From contig JAZSET010000028.1 in NCBI GenBank assembly GCA_045531795.1, positions 33 through 64,032 of the forward strand: a stretch of 64,000 nucleotides of DNA. The letters are read 5' to 3'. The position numbers were made by a program, and so were the translations under genes. This document shows, one piece after another, positions 1-8,316 of this stretch; within the stretch, counting starts at the first letter, position 1, and the number at the start of each line of letters is the position of its first letter. The DNA comes from Eubacteriales bacterium (GTDB lineage: Bacteria > Bacillota > Clostridia > Oscillospirales > CAG-272). Below the pieces are notes generated by a model. It was given only the letters and a program-made list of their open reading frames with translations. It searched no databases and had not been told where the DNA came from.

Positions 1-118
1 AATATTATTACACTTTCAAACACTTACTCTGCTCCTCTTAATTGCACTACTTCAAATTTATTTTATATTAAAAGGAAATTATAATATATATAGAATATTT
101 TGATGAGGTTAGTTAGAT

Positions 119-361
119 ATGCTTAATGATAACGAGTACAAGGGTATTTTGCTTGAAATAGGTCTTAAAATCGGATATTACAGACGCAAAGCCGGAATGA
201 CGCAGGCGGAGCTTGCAGAATATGCCGGAATAACGCTCTCATATTTAAGCCAGCTCGAAAGCCCCAATTTGCCATACTGTCCGTCAGTAAGAGTTCTTTT
301 TACTCTTGCCAAGGTTCTTGGTATCAAGGCCTCAAAGCTGATAGATGTAGAGGAAGACTAA
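119..361 (+). CDS. XRE-family helix-turn-helix transcriptional regulator
   Basis: 80-aa ORF with an HTH_3-type core (MTQAELAEYAGITLSYLSQLE). It ends 5 nt before the next ORF, so it is probably co-transcribed. Confidence 0.8.
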   Translation: MLNDNEYKGILLEIGLKIGYYRRKAGMTQAELAEYAGITLSYLSQLESPNLPYCPSVRVLFTLAKVLGIKASKLIDVEED

Positions 362-366
362 AACAA

Positions 367-1173
367 ATGGATAAATTCAGAGTCCTTGTTGTAGACAAAG
401 ACATATCTGCCTGCAGAATGTTTTCGGGTATGTTTGGCCCATATGATGATATAAAGGTAGACATTATATATCACGAAGAAGAAATAGTAGACTGCTTAAG
501 CGAGATATATTATAATGTTATAATAATTGACCGCAGGGAAGTGTCTGACGAGGATATTTCTGCAATTATCAGAAACAAGCCAAATTCCCTGAGACATCCG
601 ATAGACAGTGAAATAATACTGACTTCAGAGACAATAGAAGCAGATACGGTTTTTAAAACCAAAGACCAAAAATCGTATTATTTACTGAAAAAGCCACTTG
701 ATTTCGCTTTTATAGAAAAGCTTCTTGATGACAAAAAAGAGTTTTATTATGCGCAAAGTAAACTCCGTAAACTTTCAAATTCTCAAAGAGATACAAAGGA
801 ACTTATATCCAAATTGTTAAGTGATATAGGCATTCCTCACAGTATAAACGGCTACGATTATCTTTATTTCGGAATCAATTCGGCAATAGAGAACCCCGGA
901 CTTGTCGAATATATCACAAAAGGACTGTATCCTCATATTGCAAAAAACTTTCATGTGTCAAGCGCAAAGGTTGAAAAATCAATAAGAGATGCTATAAATA
1001 TGGCGTGGGAGAGGGGAGACAGTGCACTGTTTAATGAATACTTCGGAAACACTGTAAGATCCCGGAGCGGGAAACCGTCTAACAGTCAATTTATCAAGTC
1101 TGTAATGCGCAAAATAGAATTAGAAATACCTGAAAACTATATAGATAATAAAGAACAGAACAAGGAAACTTAA
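367..1173 (+). CDS. Spo0A-family response regulator (Spo0A_C DNA-binding domain with an atypical receiver)
   Basis: The C-terminal half aligns by eye to the Spo0A C-terminal domain (GIPHSINGYDYL...ITKGLYPHIAKNF..SSAKVEKSIRDAINMAWERG...GKPSNSQFI). The N-terminus is receiver-like (VLVVDKD, IIIDRRE, ILTSE, LKKP) but lacks the canonical DD pair and the DxxMPxxDG context. Confidence 0.75.
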   Translation: MDKFRVLVVDKDISACRMFSGMFGPYDDIKVDIIYHEEEIVDCLSEIYYNVIIIDRREVSDEDISAIIRNKPNSLRHPIDSEIILTSETIEADTVFKTKDQKSYYLLKKPLDFAFIEKLLDDKKEFYYAQSKLRKLSNSQRDTKELISKLLSDIGIPHSINGYDYLYFGINSAIENPGLVEYITKGLYPHIAKNFHVSSAKVEKSIRDAINMAWERGDSALFNEYFGNTVRSRSGKPSNSQFIKSVMRKIELEIPENYIDNKEQNKET

Positions 1174-1210
1174 TCGTTTGAAGTTTTCTTGTTCTTTTTT
1201 AAAAAAACTA

Positions 1211-1238
1211 TTGATTTTATTTTTTATTGTGCTATAAT
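1211..1238 (+). promoter_or_regulatory. sigma-A-like promoter for the MATE gene
   Basis: TTGATT (1211-1216), 16-nt spacer, TATAAT (1233-1238), about 37 nt upstream of the ATG at 1275. Confidence 0.45.
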
Positions 1239-1274
1239 CTAAGTGGCAAAGCCCGGGAAGAGAGGAAAACTGCA

Positions 1275-2654
1275 ATGAGATTCAGTCACAATATGAATAT
1301 GTGCGAGGGCTCGATCCTTAAAAAGATGATCATTTTTGCACTGCCCCTGATGATTACCAATGTTCTTCAGATAATATTCAATGCAACAGACGTTGCAGTA
1401 CTCGGAATACTTGTAGGAGACGATGCAGTAGCAGCAGTGGGTGCTAACAATTCGCTGATAAATCTTATAACCTGTGTTTTTATTGGCCTTTCAATAGGTG
1501 CAAATGTGCTTGTTGCACGCCTTGCGGGCGAGCAGAACCGGGAGAGGGCAAAAAAGGCGGTCGGAACCTCTATGTGTATAGGTATTGCCGGTGGTCTTCT
1601 CATTGCAATAATCGGGGTTTTCTTTTCAAGAACTTTTCTTGAGTGGACTGCGTGCGATGCGGAAATAATTGATATGGCAGAGAAATATCTTGTCATATAT
1701 CTGCTCGGAGCACCGATAGTTCTTCTTTATAACTTTGCATCAGCCGTACTCAGAGCAGTCGGCGACACCACACGCCCGATGATATATCTCATTATCGGCG
1801 GCGTTTCTAATGTATTTTTGAATATTTTCTTTATAAAGGTTTTTGGAATGGACGTTGACGGTGTTGCGATAGCGACAGTTATGTCTGAGCTTATTGCTTC
1901 CGTGCTTGCTGTTATCGCTCTTATGAAAAGCGACGGCTACGGTAGACTTGAACTCAAATATATCCGTATATATAAGGAAGAGTTTGTTTACATACTTAAA
2001 GTCGGAATTCCTGCAGGAATCAAGAGCGGTATGTTCAGCTTTGCAAATGTGATAATACAGTCTTCAATAAACTCTTTGGGCAAGGCTGTTATGTCGGCAA
2101 ACACTATAGCCGTTCAGATTGAGGGTATTACATATCAGGCAATACACGCCGTATCGCTTGCTGCGACATCGTTTACAAGTCAGAACAACGGTGCAGGAAA
2201 TATGGCCCGTGTCAAAAAGGTCGCATGGCAGAGCCTGGGGCTTTCTATGCTGGTAGGGGTTGGTGTCGGAGCAATTGTTACCCTTATAAGATATCCGCTT
2301 TGTGATATTATGTCAAATGACGCGTATATAATTGATGTTGCTGCACAGAGAGTGCTTATTTGCGGTATAACATATTGTCTGTGCGGAACAATGGACGCAA
2401 TGAGCGGAGTGTTGGTAGGGCTTGGAAAATCAACCTCGGCAATGATAATATCTCTGCTTGGCAGCTGTGTTCTGCGACTCGTATGGGTATACACGGTATT
2501 TAAACTTTATCCGACATACGTAGTTCTCATAAGCACGTTCCCGATAAGCTGGGCGGTGACGACGGCTATATACTTCTGTGTTGTTTTCCCTCTTATGAAA
2601 AAGATGGAAAAGGAGTCAAAAAAAAGAGAGGCTGAGCCTGCGCTCAGCCGTTAA
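1275..2654 (+). CDS. MATE family multidrug/efflux transporter
   Basis: Polytopic membrane protein with a typical MATE N-terminus (ILKKMIIFALPLMITNVLQIIFNATDVAVLG). The start was moved to the ATG at 1275, which follows GAGAGGA. The track start at 1227 lies inside the promoter. Confidence 0.85.
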   Translation: MRFSHNMNMCEGSILKKMIIFALPLMITNVLQIIFNATDVAVLGILVGDDAVAAVGANNSLINLITCVFIGLSIGANVLVARLAGEQNRERAKKAVGTSMCIGIAGGLLIAIIGVFFSRTFLEWTACDAEIIDMAEKYLVIYLLGAPIVLLYNFASAVLRAVGDTTRPMIYLIIGGVSNVFLNIFFIKVFGMDVDGVAIATVMSELIASVLAVIALMKSDGYGRLELKYIRIYKEEFVYILKVGIPAGIKSGMFSFANVIIQSSINSLGKAVMSANTIAVQIEGITYQAIHAVSLAATSFTSQNNGAGNMARVKKVAWQSLGLSMLVGVGVGAIVTLIRYPLCDIMSNDAYIIDVAAQRVLICGITYCLCGTMDAMSGVLVGLGKSTSAMIISLLGSCVLRLVWVYTVFKLYPTYVVLISTFPISWAVTTAIYFCVVFPLMKKMEKESKKREAEPALSR

Positions 2655-3393
2655 AAGGCATTGTCCCGGAAATGCTTCGTCTGTAATCGGATGGTGTCAT
2701 ACCGGTATGATAGGTAAAAAATTTGGTAAAGAGATTGCTTTCCTCAAACTTTACGAGGGAAGCAATTTTATTTATATCAAATGAAGATTCTGCAAGCAGG
2801 CTTTTTGCATATTCTATTCTTTTTTTGTTAGCATATGCTTTGAGGGTTGTTCCTGTCGATTTTGAAAAAACTCTGCTTATATGGCTTTTGTCGAGTCCGA
2901 GCGTACGGGCGAGCGCATCTATATCAAGATCGCACTCTGCAGATTTGTTTATATAGTCTAAAACCTTTTGTACAATAATTGCATCCGTCTGAGATGTGAT
3001 GTTCTGACTTTGCCAAGTAACAGACAACAAAGCGCTTAAAAGTTCGTTTTGTACAGATGCTTCTTTTAACAAACACATCGTGGAAAAAAGATTTAAAACA
3101 GTGCTTTTTTCAATTATATAGTATGGGGAGTTGATGTTGAAATCACAAAAATCATCTTCAAAAACGAGCTCGAAAAAATCTATTCCCGACTCCCCGGAAT
3201 AACCTGAACGGATTCTTGTGCCTTTTTCAAAAACAACCAGAGAGCCCTCAACTATTTCGATGTGACCGAGGGAAGTCCATAAACGCAGTTTGCCTTTGTT
3301 TACAAAAAACAGAGTGTAGTTTTCGGTGTAACAGGCTCTGTGCAGCCACTTTTCTTCTATTGAAATACGGGTGATGCTGTTTAGTGTAGCCAT
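2644..3393 (-). CDS. AraC-family transcriptional regulator
   Basis: The C-terminal HTH_18 region reads LDIDALARTLGLDKSHISRVFSKSTGTTLKAYANKKRIEYAKSLL...FTYHTGMTPSDYRR, and the N-terminus is cupin-like. The start was trimmed to MATLNS. Confidence 0.8.
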   Translation of the reverse strand: MATLNSITRISIEEKWLHRACYTENYTLFFVNKGKLRLWTSLGHIEIVEGSLVVFEKGTRIRSGYSGESGIDFFELVFEDDFCDFNINSPYYIIEKSTVLNLFSTMCLLKEASVQNELLSALLSVTWQSQNITSQTDAIIVQKVLDYINKSAECDLDIDALARTLGLDKSHISRVFSKSTGTTLKAYANKKRIEYAKSLLAESSFDINKIASLVKFEESNLFTKFFTYHTGMTPSDYRRSISGTMPFNG

Positions 3394-3506
3394 ATCATTA
3401 AATCTCACTTTTACTATGATTTTCAAAAAGCAAATCAAGTGCTTTTTTCTTATTATAAAGCAAAACAGTGAAATATGCAATAGCTAATTGAAAAAATATT
3501 TTTCAC

Positions 3507-3530
3507 AAAAAAGCCCGCAAGGGCTTTTTT
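3507..3530 (-). terminator. Rho-independent terminator downstream of degV
   Basis: Hairpin AGCCC-GCAA-GGGCT flanked by an A-run and a T-run. Confidence 0.6.
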
Positions 3531-3537
3531 ATAAATG

Positions 3538-4374
3538 TTATGCTTTCTCAAAGCCTACGAGAACCCCGCCTTTTTCGGCGTAGAAGCTGCATAAGCCCCT
3601 GAATTTATGTATTTCAACCGAGGCATTTTTGAATTTTGCGCGAATCATTGCTTTGAGTGCCACGGCAGCCGATTCATTCTGACAATGACCTATACTGATT
3701 TTTCCTGATTTAAATCCCTCTGCTTCGAGAGCTTTTATCAGAGTTTTAAGTGCGCGCTTTTCACCCGGGCACTTATTTACAGGCTCAAGTGTACCCTTAT
3801 CACTTGCTTTGCCCACAATGCAAATGCCGGCAATTCCTACAAGTCTTGCTACGACAGGAGAAACCCTGCCGTTGTTTGCAAATGTCTTGAGTGATTTTAA
3901 CATAAAAACAAGGCCTGTTTTTTTGAGATAGGCTTTTATTATGTTGCAGATTTTTTCATAAGGAACATCGCCGTTGATGCATTCTTCGAGTTTTTCTATT
4001 ATCAAGGTCAACTCAGGACCTGCAGAAAGCGTATCTATTACAAAAACCCGCTTTCCCGGATTTTCCGACTCGTATATGTCTTTAGCCGCGCAAGCAGAAT
4101 TATAGCTTCCGGACAGACCGCTTGTAATTGTGACGCAGAATATATCGTCAGCATCGCCAAAAGCCTTGAGCCAGTCATTTATATTAGGGCAGGAAGATTT
4201 CGATTTTCCCTTATATTTATCCATAAAATCAACCATTTCATCTACATCAAGCCAGTCATCATCAACGAATTCTTTTTCGCTTGTAATTACCTTCATTGGT
4301 GCACACGAGAAATTAGTATGGTTCAATTCAAACAGGTCACATGATGTGTCTGCAACGATTTTAATCTTTCTCAA
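3538..4374 (-). CDS. DegV family fatty-acid-binding protein
   Basis: 278 aa with a typical DegV N-terminus (MRKIKIVADTSCDL) and TSGLSGSYNSA. Confidence 0.85.
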   Translation of the reverse strand: MRKIKIVADTSCDLFELNHTNFSCAPMKVITSEKEFVDDDWLDVDEMVDFMDKYKGKSKSSCPNINDWLKAFGDADDIFCVTITSGLSGSYNSACAAKDIYESENPGKRVFVIDTLSAGPELTLIIEKLEECINGDVPYEKICNIIKAYLKKTGLVFMLKSLKTFANNGRVSPVVARLVGIAGICIVGKASDKGTLEPVNKCPGEKRALKTLIKALEAEGFKSGKISIGHCQNESAAVALKAMIRAKFKNASVEIHKFRGLCSFYAEKGGVLVGFEKA

Positions 4375-4384
4375 AATATACCTC

Positions 4385-4819
4385 CTATTTGTTTGCTACA
4401 GTATCAAGACTGTCGCTTATAACAGAAAGACTGTGGTAAAATACAGTTCTTTCTTCGTCTGTTGTCCAGGGTATCTCTTCAAGAACCCGGCTGATTTTGT
4501 TTGCAATCCGTTTTGCTGCATCGTAACCCTTTTTGGTCAGCAGAAGCGGACTTCTGTATCGTTTTGCGTGTTTTGACTCGCAAGTCAGGTATCCGTTTGT
4601 CTCAAGAAAGTCGAGTGCACGGGAAATTGTAGCCTTATCCTCTTCACAGTGTTCGCACAGATCTGTGGCTGTAAGTCCCTGAGACAAATACAGATAATAA
4701 AGGCAGGAAATATGGGCGCTCTTTAAATTATATTCAGCCATTTCCTGATTTTTGATTTTACGGATGTTTCGACTTATTCTGTTGATAAGCACGGTAAAGG
4801 TTTCAAACCTTTCTTCCAT
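4385..4819 (-). CDS. MarR-family transcriptional regulator
   Basis: 144 aa with a winged-helix core (LTATDLCEHCEEDKATISRALDFLETNGYL). Confidence 0.85.
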   Translation of the reverse strand: MEERFETFTVLINRISRNIRKIKNQEMAEYNLKSAHISCLYYLYLSQGLTATDLCEHCEEDKATISRALDFLETNGYLTCESKHAKRYRSPLLLTKKGYDAAKRIANKISRVLEEIPWTTDEERTVFYHSLSVISDSLDTVANK

Positions 4820-4839
4820 AAAAGCACCTCCGTTTTACA

Positions 4840-4894
4840 CTTGTTGATATTTCAACAAGCATAGTATAGCACAGACTTGTTGAAATGTCAACAG
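4840..4894 (-). promoter_or_regulatory. marR promoter with two palindromic operator-like sites
   Basis: On the minus strand: TTGACA (4886-4891), 17-nt spacer, TATACT (4863-4868). The palindromes are CTTGTTGA-TATT-TCAACAAG (4840-4859) and CTTGTTGA-AATG-TCAACAG (4876-4894). One overlaps the -35 and the other lies just downstream of the -10. Confidence 0.5.
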
Positions 4895-4926
4895 ATATAT
4901 CAAAAGCAGGGCTTAACAGAGCCATT

Positions 4927-4973
4927 AAAACAAAATACAGCATAGTCATTTTGACTATGCTGTATTTTGTTTT
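4927..4973. terminator. Long perfect hairpin, bidirectional terminator after the KH-domain gene
   Basis: AAAACAAAATACAGCATAGTCA-TTTT-GACTATGCTGTATTTTGTTTT. Confidence 0.6.
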
Positions 4974-4998
4974 ATCCCACTCGCTTTTTTGGGGGTTA

Positions 4999-5238
4999 TT
5001 ACTTAATATCAACGGTTACTTTCTGACCGGCTGCATTTGCAGCGGCCTTGATAACTGTGCGTATCGCCTTTGCGATTCTGCCGTGCTTTCCTATAACTTT
5101 ACCCATATCATCGGGAGCAACCGAAAGCTCTAAAACGATATTGTCGTTTTCCGCTTCTTTTACGGTTATCCTGATGCTGTCGGGATCGTTTACAATAGGA
5201 GTCACGATATCGCAGAGCATTTTTTCATAATTAAGCAT
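4999..5238 (-). CDS. KH-domain RNA-binding protein (YlqC/UPF0109 family)
   Basis: 79 aa with the motif VIGKHGRIAKAIRTV. It occupies the conserved position after rpsP. Confidence 0.85.
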   Translation of the reverse strand: MLNYEKMLCDIVTPIVNDPDSIRITVKEAENDNIVLELSVAPDDMGKVIGKHGRIAKAIRTVIKAAANAAGQKVTVDIK

Positions 5239-5265
5239 TACCGTGCTTCTCCTTTTCAGAAACGA

Positions 5266-5511
5266 TTAGTCAATGATGCCGTTCTTCTTGAGAAGAACCT
5301 TAACTGTTTCTGTGGGCTGAGCACCGTTCTTTATCCAGGTCTTTGCTTTATCAGCGTCAACCTTGAATTCAGCGGGATCTGTAAGGGGATTGTAAGTTCC
5401 GATTTCTTCGATGAACTTACCGTCACGGGGACTTCTTGAATCTGCTACTATTACGCGGTAGAAAGGATTTTTCTTCATACCCATTCTTCTGAGTCTGATT
5501 TTTACTGCCAT
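5266..5511 (-). CDS. rpsP: 30S ribosomal protein S16
   Basis: [41 protein letters not shown]. Confidence 0.95.
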   Translation of the reverse strand: MAVKIRLRRMGMKKNPFYRVIVADSRSPRDGKFIEEIGTYNPLTDPAEFKVDADKAKTWIKNGAQPTETVKVLLKKNGIID

Positions 5512-5573
5512 TTTAAATGACCTCCATAAATAAAATAATTTTTATATATTAATTTCCGCAAGCTTCTGTAAGC

Positions 5574-6923
5574 TTAAAACGGCATATTAAACATTCCTTT
5601 TTTGCCGAATTTGCGCATCATTTTGTTTGAAGCACCACCGGCAAGCTGTTTCATCATTTTGCACATCTGGTCATATTGCTTTAAGAGACGGTTGACATCT
5701 TCAACACGCATTCCCGAGCCCTGTGCAATTCTTTTTTTGCGCGAAGCATTGATAACAGAGGGGTTTTCTCTTTCATTTGGTGTCATAGAAAGGATAATCG
5801 CTTCAACTCTGTCAATCTGTTTTTCGTCAATTGTAGCACCCTTTAAATCAGACGCCTTTACTCCCGGCATCATACCGAGAAGCTGGTCTAAAGGTCCCAT
5901 TTGACGAACTTTTGAAAACTGATCGAGAAAATCGGTAAGAGTGAATTTCTGCTCCCGCATTTTTTTCTCTAATTCTTCGGCCTGTTTTTCATCAAAGCTT
6001 TGCTGAGCCTTTTCGATAAGAGAGAGGACATCTCCCATGCCCAGAATTCTTGATGCCATTCTGTCTGGATGGAAAGGCTCGATCATATCAAGCTTTTCTC
6101 CGACACCGATGAATTTGATAGGCTTTCCTGTGACATGCCTTACCGAAAGTGCGGCACCGCCACGAGTATCGCCGTCAAGCTTTGTGAGAATAACACCCGT
6201 TATATCAAGAAGCTCGTTAAAGCTCTCGGCAACATTAACCGCATCCTGACCTGTCATTGCGTCAACAACAAGCAGAATTTCGGTAGGCAATGTTGCTGAT
6301 TTGATATCAGAAAGTTCTTTCATAAGAACTTCGTCAACGTGAAGTCTGCCGGCGGTATCAATAAACACCATATCGTGACCGTGCTTGTGTGCGTGTTCAA
6401 TTCCGGCTTTGGCAATTTCTACGGGACTTACTTTGTCGCCCATTGTAAACACGGGAATTCCAAGCTTTTCACCAACAACCTCAAGCTGTTTTATAGCCGC
6501 AGGTCTGTATACGTCGCAGGCTACAAGCAATGGTCGTTTACCTTGCTTTTTGTACATTCCGGCAAGTTTTCCTGCGTGAGTTGTTTTACCCGCGCCCTGA
6601 AGGCCAACCATCATAACAACTGTCGGCGGGCGGGAGGATATTGTGAGTTTTGTGTTGGTAGAACCCATAAGAGTTGTGAGTTCTTCATTTACAATTTTTA
6701 TAATCTGCTGGGCGGGCATAAGGCTTTCAAGCACCTCTGCACCAATCGCTCTTTCGGTGACGGCATTTATAAAATCCTTGACAACTTTAAAGTTTACATC
6801 TGCTTCAAGTAGCGCGAGTTTTATTTCGCGCATACCCTCTTTTACATCTTTTTCAGTAAGCTTTCCCTTGCCTTTGAATTTTTTAAAGGCGTCAGATAAT
6901 TTGTCTGCAAGACTTTGAAACAT
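5574..6923 (-). CDS. ffh: Signal recognition particle protein Ffh
   Basis: GTPase motifs GLQGAGKTT, DTAGR and TKLDGD, plus a Met-rich C-terminal M domain. Confidence 0.97.
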   Translation of the reverse strand: MFQSLADKLSDAFKKFKGKGKLTEKDVKEGMREIKLALLEADVNFKVVKDFINAVTERAIGAEVLESLMPAQQIIKIVNEELTTLMGSTNTKLTISSRPPTVVMMVGLQGAGKTTHAGKLAGMYKKQGKRPLLVACDVYRPAAIKQLEVVGEKLGIPVFTMGDKVSPVEIAKAGIEHAHKHGHDMVFIDTAGRLHVDEVLMKELSDIKSATLPTEILLVVDAMTGQDAVNVAESFNELLDITGVILTKLDGDTRGGAALSVRHVTGKPIKFIGVGEKLDMIEPFHPDRMASRILGMGDVLSLIEKAQQSFDEKQAEELEKKMREQKFTLTDFLDQFSKVRQMGPLDQLLGMMPGVKASDLKGATIDEKQIDRVEAIILSMTPNERENPSVINASRKKRIAQGSGMRVEDVNRLLKQYDQMCKMMKQLAGGASNKMMRKFGKKGMFNMPF

Positions 6924-6941
6924 TTATGTTCCCCTTTTAAA

Positions 6942-7289
6942 TTATATCTGTGAGAGGCGTTTTACATCTTCTATGATCGTATCAATCTCGGCAGCTGTAT
7001 TGCCGTTTTGCTTTAATATCGAAAGCTGTTTGCTTATGTTCTCGCAGCTTTCGGATATTTCCAAAAATCTGTTTGCGAGTCCGAGCTTTTCTTCAAAATC
7101 GAGAAGCTGTTTTTCTGCTTTTTTTACTGTATCGCGGACACCCTGCCTTGTAATACCGACCTGTTCGGCAATTTCCGACAGCGATAAATCCTCGTTATAA
7201 TACAAGTCGAAAACATTTTTCCTTTGCTCGGAAAGCAGTTCTCCGTAAAAATCAAAAAGAAAACCGAGACTCAAATCCTTGCTTTTCAT
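6942..7289 (-). CDS. ylxM: YlxM/UPF0122 putative DNA-binding protein
   Basis: 115 aa immediately upstream of ffh, with the sigma-70 region-4-like motif LSLSEIAEQVGITRQGVRDTVKKAE. Confidence 0.85.
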   Translation of the reverse strand: MKSKDLSLGFLFDFYGELLSEQRKNVFDLYYNEDLSLSEIAEQVGITRQGVRDTVKKAEKQLLDFEEKLGLANRFLEISESCENISKQLSILKQNGNTAAEIDTIIEDVKRLSQI

Positions 7290-7400
7290 AACTGCTCCAA
7301 TGTGCGTGTAAAGTAAAACGCTTTACACATTATAGCACATACATTTTTGTTTGTCAACAGTAAATAAAGAATTTTTCAACATTTTTAAAACTGATATCTA

Positions 7401-7429
7401 TTGACAATAAAGGAAAATAAAGGTAAAAT
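7401..7429 (+). promoter_or_regulatory. sigma-A-like promoter for radC
   Basis: TTGACA (7401-7406), 17-nt spacer, TAAAAT (7424-7429). Confidence 0.5.
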
Positions 7430-7461
7430 ATAACTTGTATTAAGTATTAGGAGAAAGAACT

Positions 7462-8277
7462 ATGCCAAGAAAGAAAAGTGAAATGACAGACGAGGAACGG
7501 AAAAGGCTTAACGAGCACAGAATAAGACTTCGTAATCGTTTCCTGACGCAGGACAATGACTATATGAATGATGCCAGACTTCTGGAGCTTTTGCTTACAT
7601 TTGCAATTTCTGTAAAAGATGTATATCCAACAGCCGTTAAGCTTTTGGCAAAATTCGGAGATATTGAGGGTGTTCTTTCTGCAAGTCATGATGATTTGTG
7701 TTCTGTAGAGGGAGTTGGCGAGGTGTCGGCAATCCTGATAAAGACGGTACCTGCACTTGCAAGAAGATGTGTTGTTGCCAAAAACAACCGCAAAAGTTTT
7801 AAGAACCCTGACGATATTGGCAAAAAAATGTGCGAATTGTTCTATGGCGTAAAAGAAGAACGCTTTTTAGTGCTATCCTTTAATAGTTCAATGCAGCTTA
7901 TCGGACATGAGTGGCTGTCATCGGGTACAAGTGACGAATGTCAGATTGATGTTGAGGGAATGATGAGAGTATTACTCAGAGAAAATGTTGCTTTTGTTGC
8001 GTTTGCTCATAATCATCCCAACGGGAAACTGAACCCCTCTGCTCATGATATAAGAGCTTTGCTTGAGATTAACAGGTTGATGAGACCTCTGTCCCCGAAG
8101 CTTATTGATATGTATATTGTGTCAGAGGACAGATTCTATAAAATGAGCGAGGCAATGCATTATGTCGGAGAAGTAAAGCGCTTTAATGAAGACGAATACT
8201 CATACGCATTTGACGAGGGGTTTGATGCTCTTGATGCAACGGAAATTGCAGAAATACTACTTGATAAAGAAATATGA
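7462..8277 (+). CDS. radC: RadC-like JAB/MPN domain protein
   Basis: N-terminal HhH-like region and a C-terminal JAMM motif (FAHNHPNGKLNPSAHD). Confidence 0.85.
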   Translation: MPRKKSEMTDEERKRLNEHRIRLRNRFLTQDNDYMNDARLLELLLTFAISVKDVYPTAVKLLAKFGDIEGVLSASHDDLCSVEGVGEVSAILIKTVPALARRCVVAKNNRKSFKNPDDIGKKMCELFYGVKEERFLVLSFNSSMQLIGHEWLSSGTSDECQIDVEGMMRVLLRENVAFVAFAHNHPNGKLNPSAHDIRALLEINRLMRPLSPKLIDMYIVSEDRFYKMSEAMHYVGEVKRFNEDEYSYAFDEGFDALDATEIAEILLDKEI

Positions 8278-8316
8278 AAAAACGCTCTGCGCCTAATATC
8301 GCAGAGCGTTTTTTAT
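8276..8316. terminator. Bidirectional terminator between the convergent radC and helicase genes
   Basis: AACGCTCTGCG-CCTAATAT-CGCAGAGCGTT flanked by an A-run and a T-run. Confidence 0.65.

Noticed and set aside
4999-7289. SRP cluster lacking rimM-trmD-rplS downstream of the KH-domain gene, as a possible rearrangement
   Set aside because: The cluster ends at a strong terminator hairpin. Separation of rimM/trmD from rpsP occurs in many genomes, and nothing in the sequence indicates a recent break.
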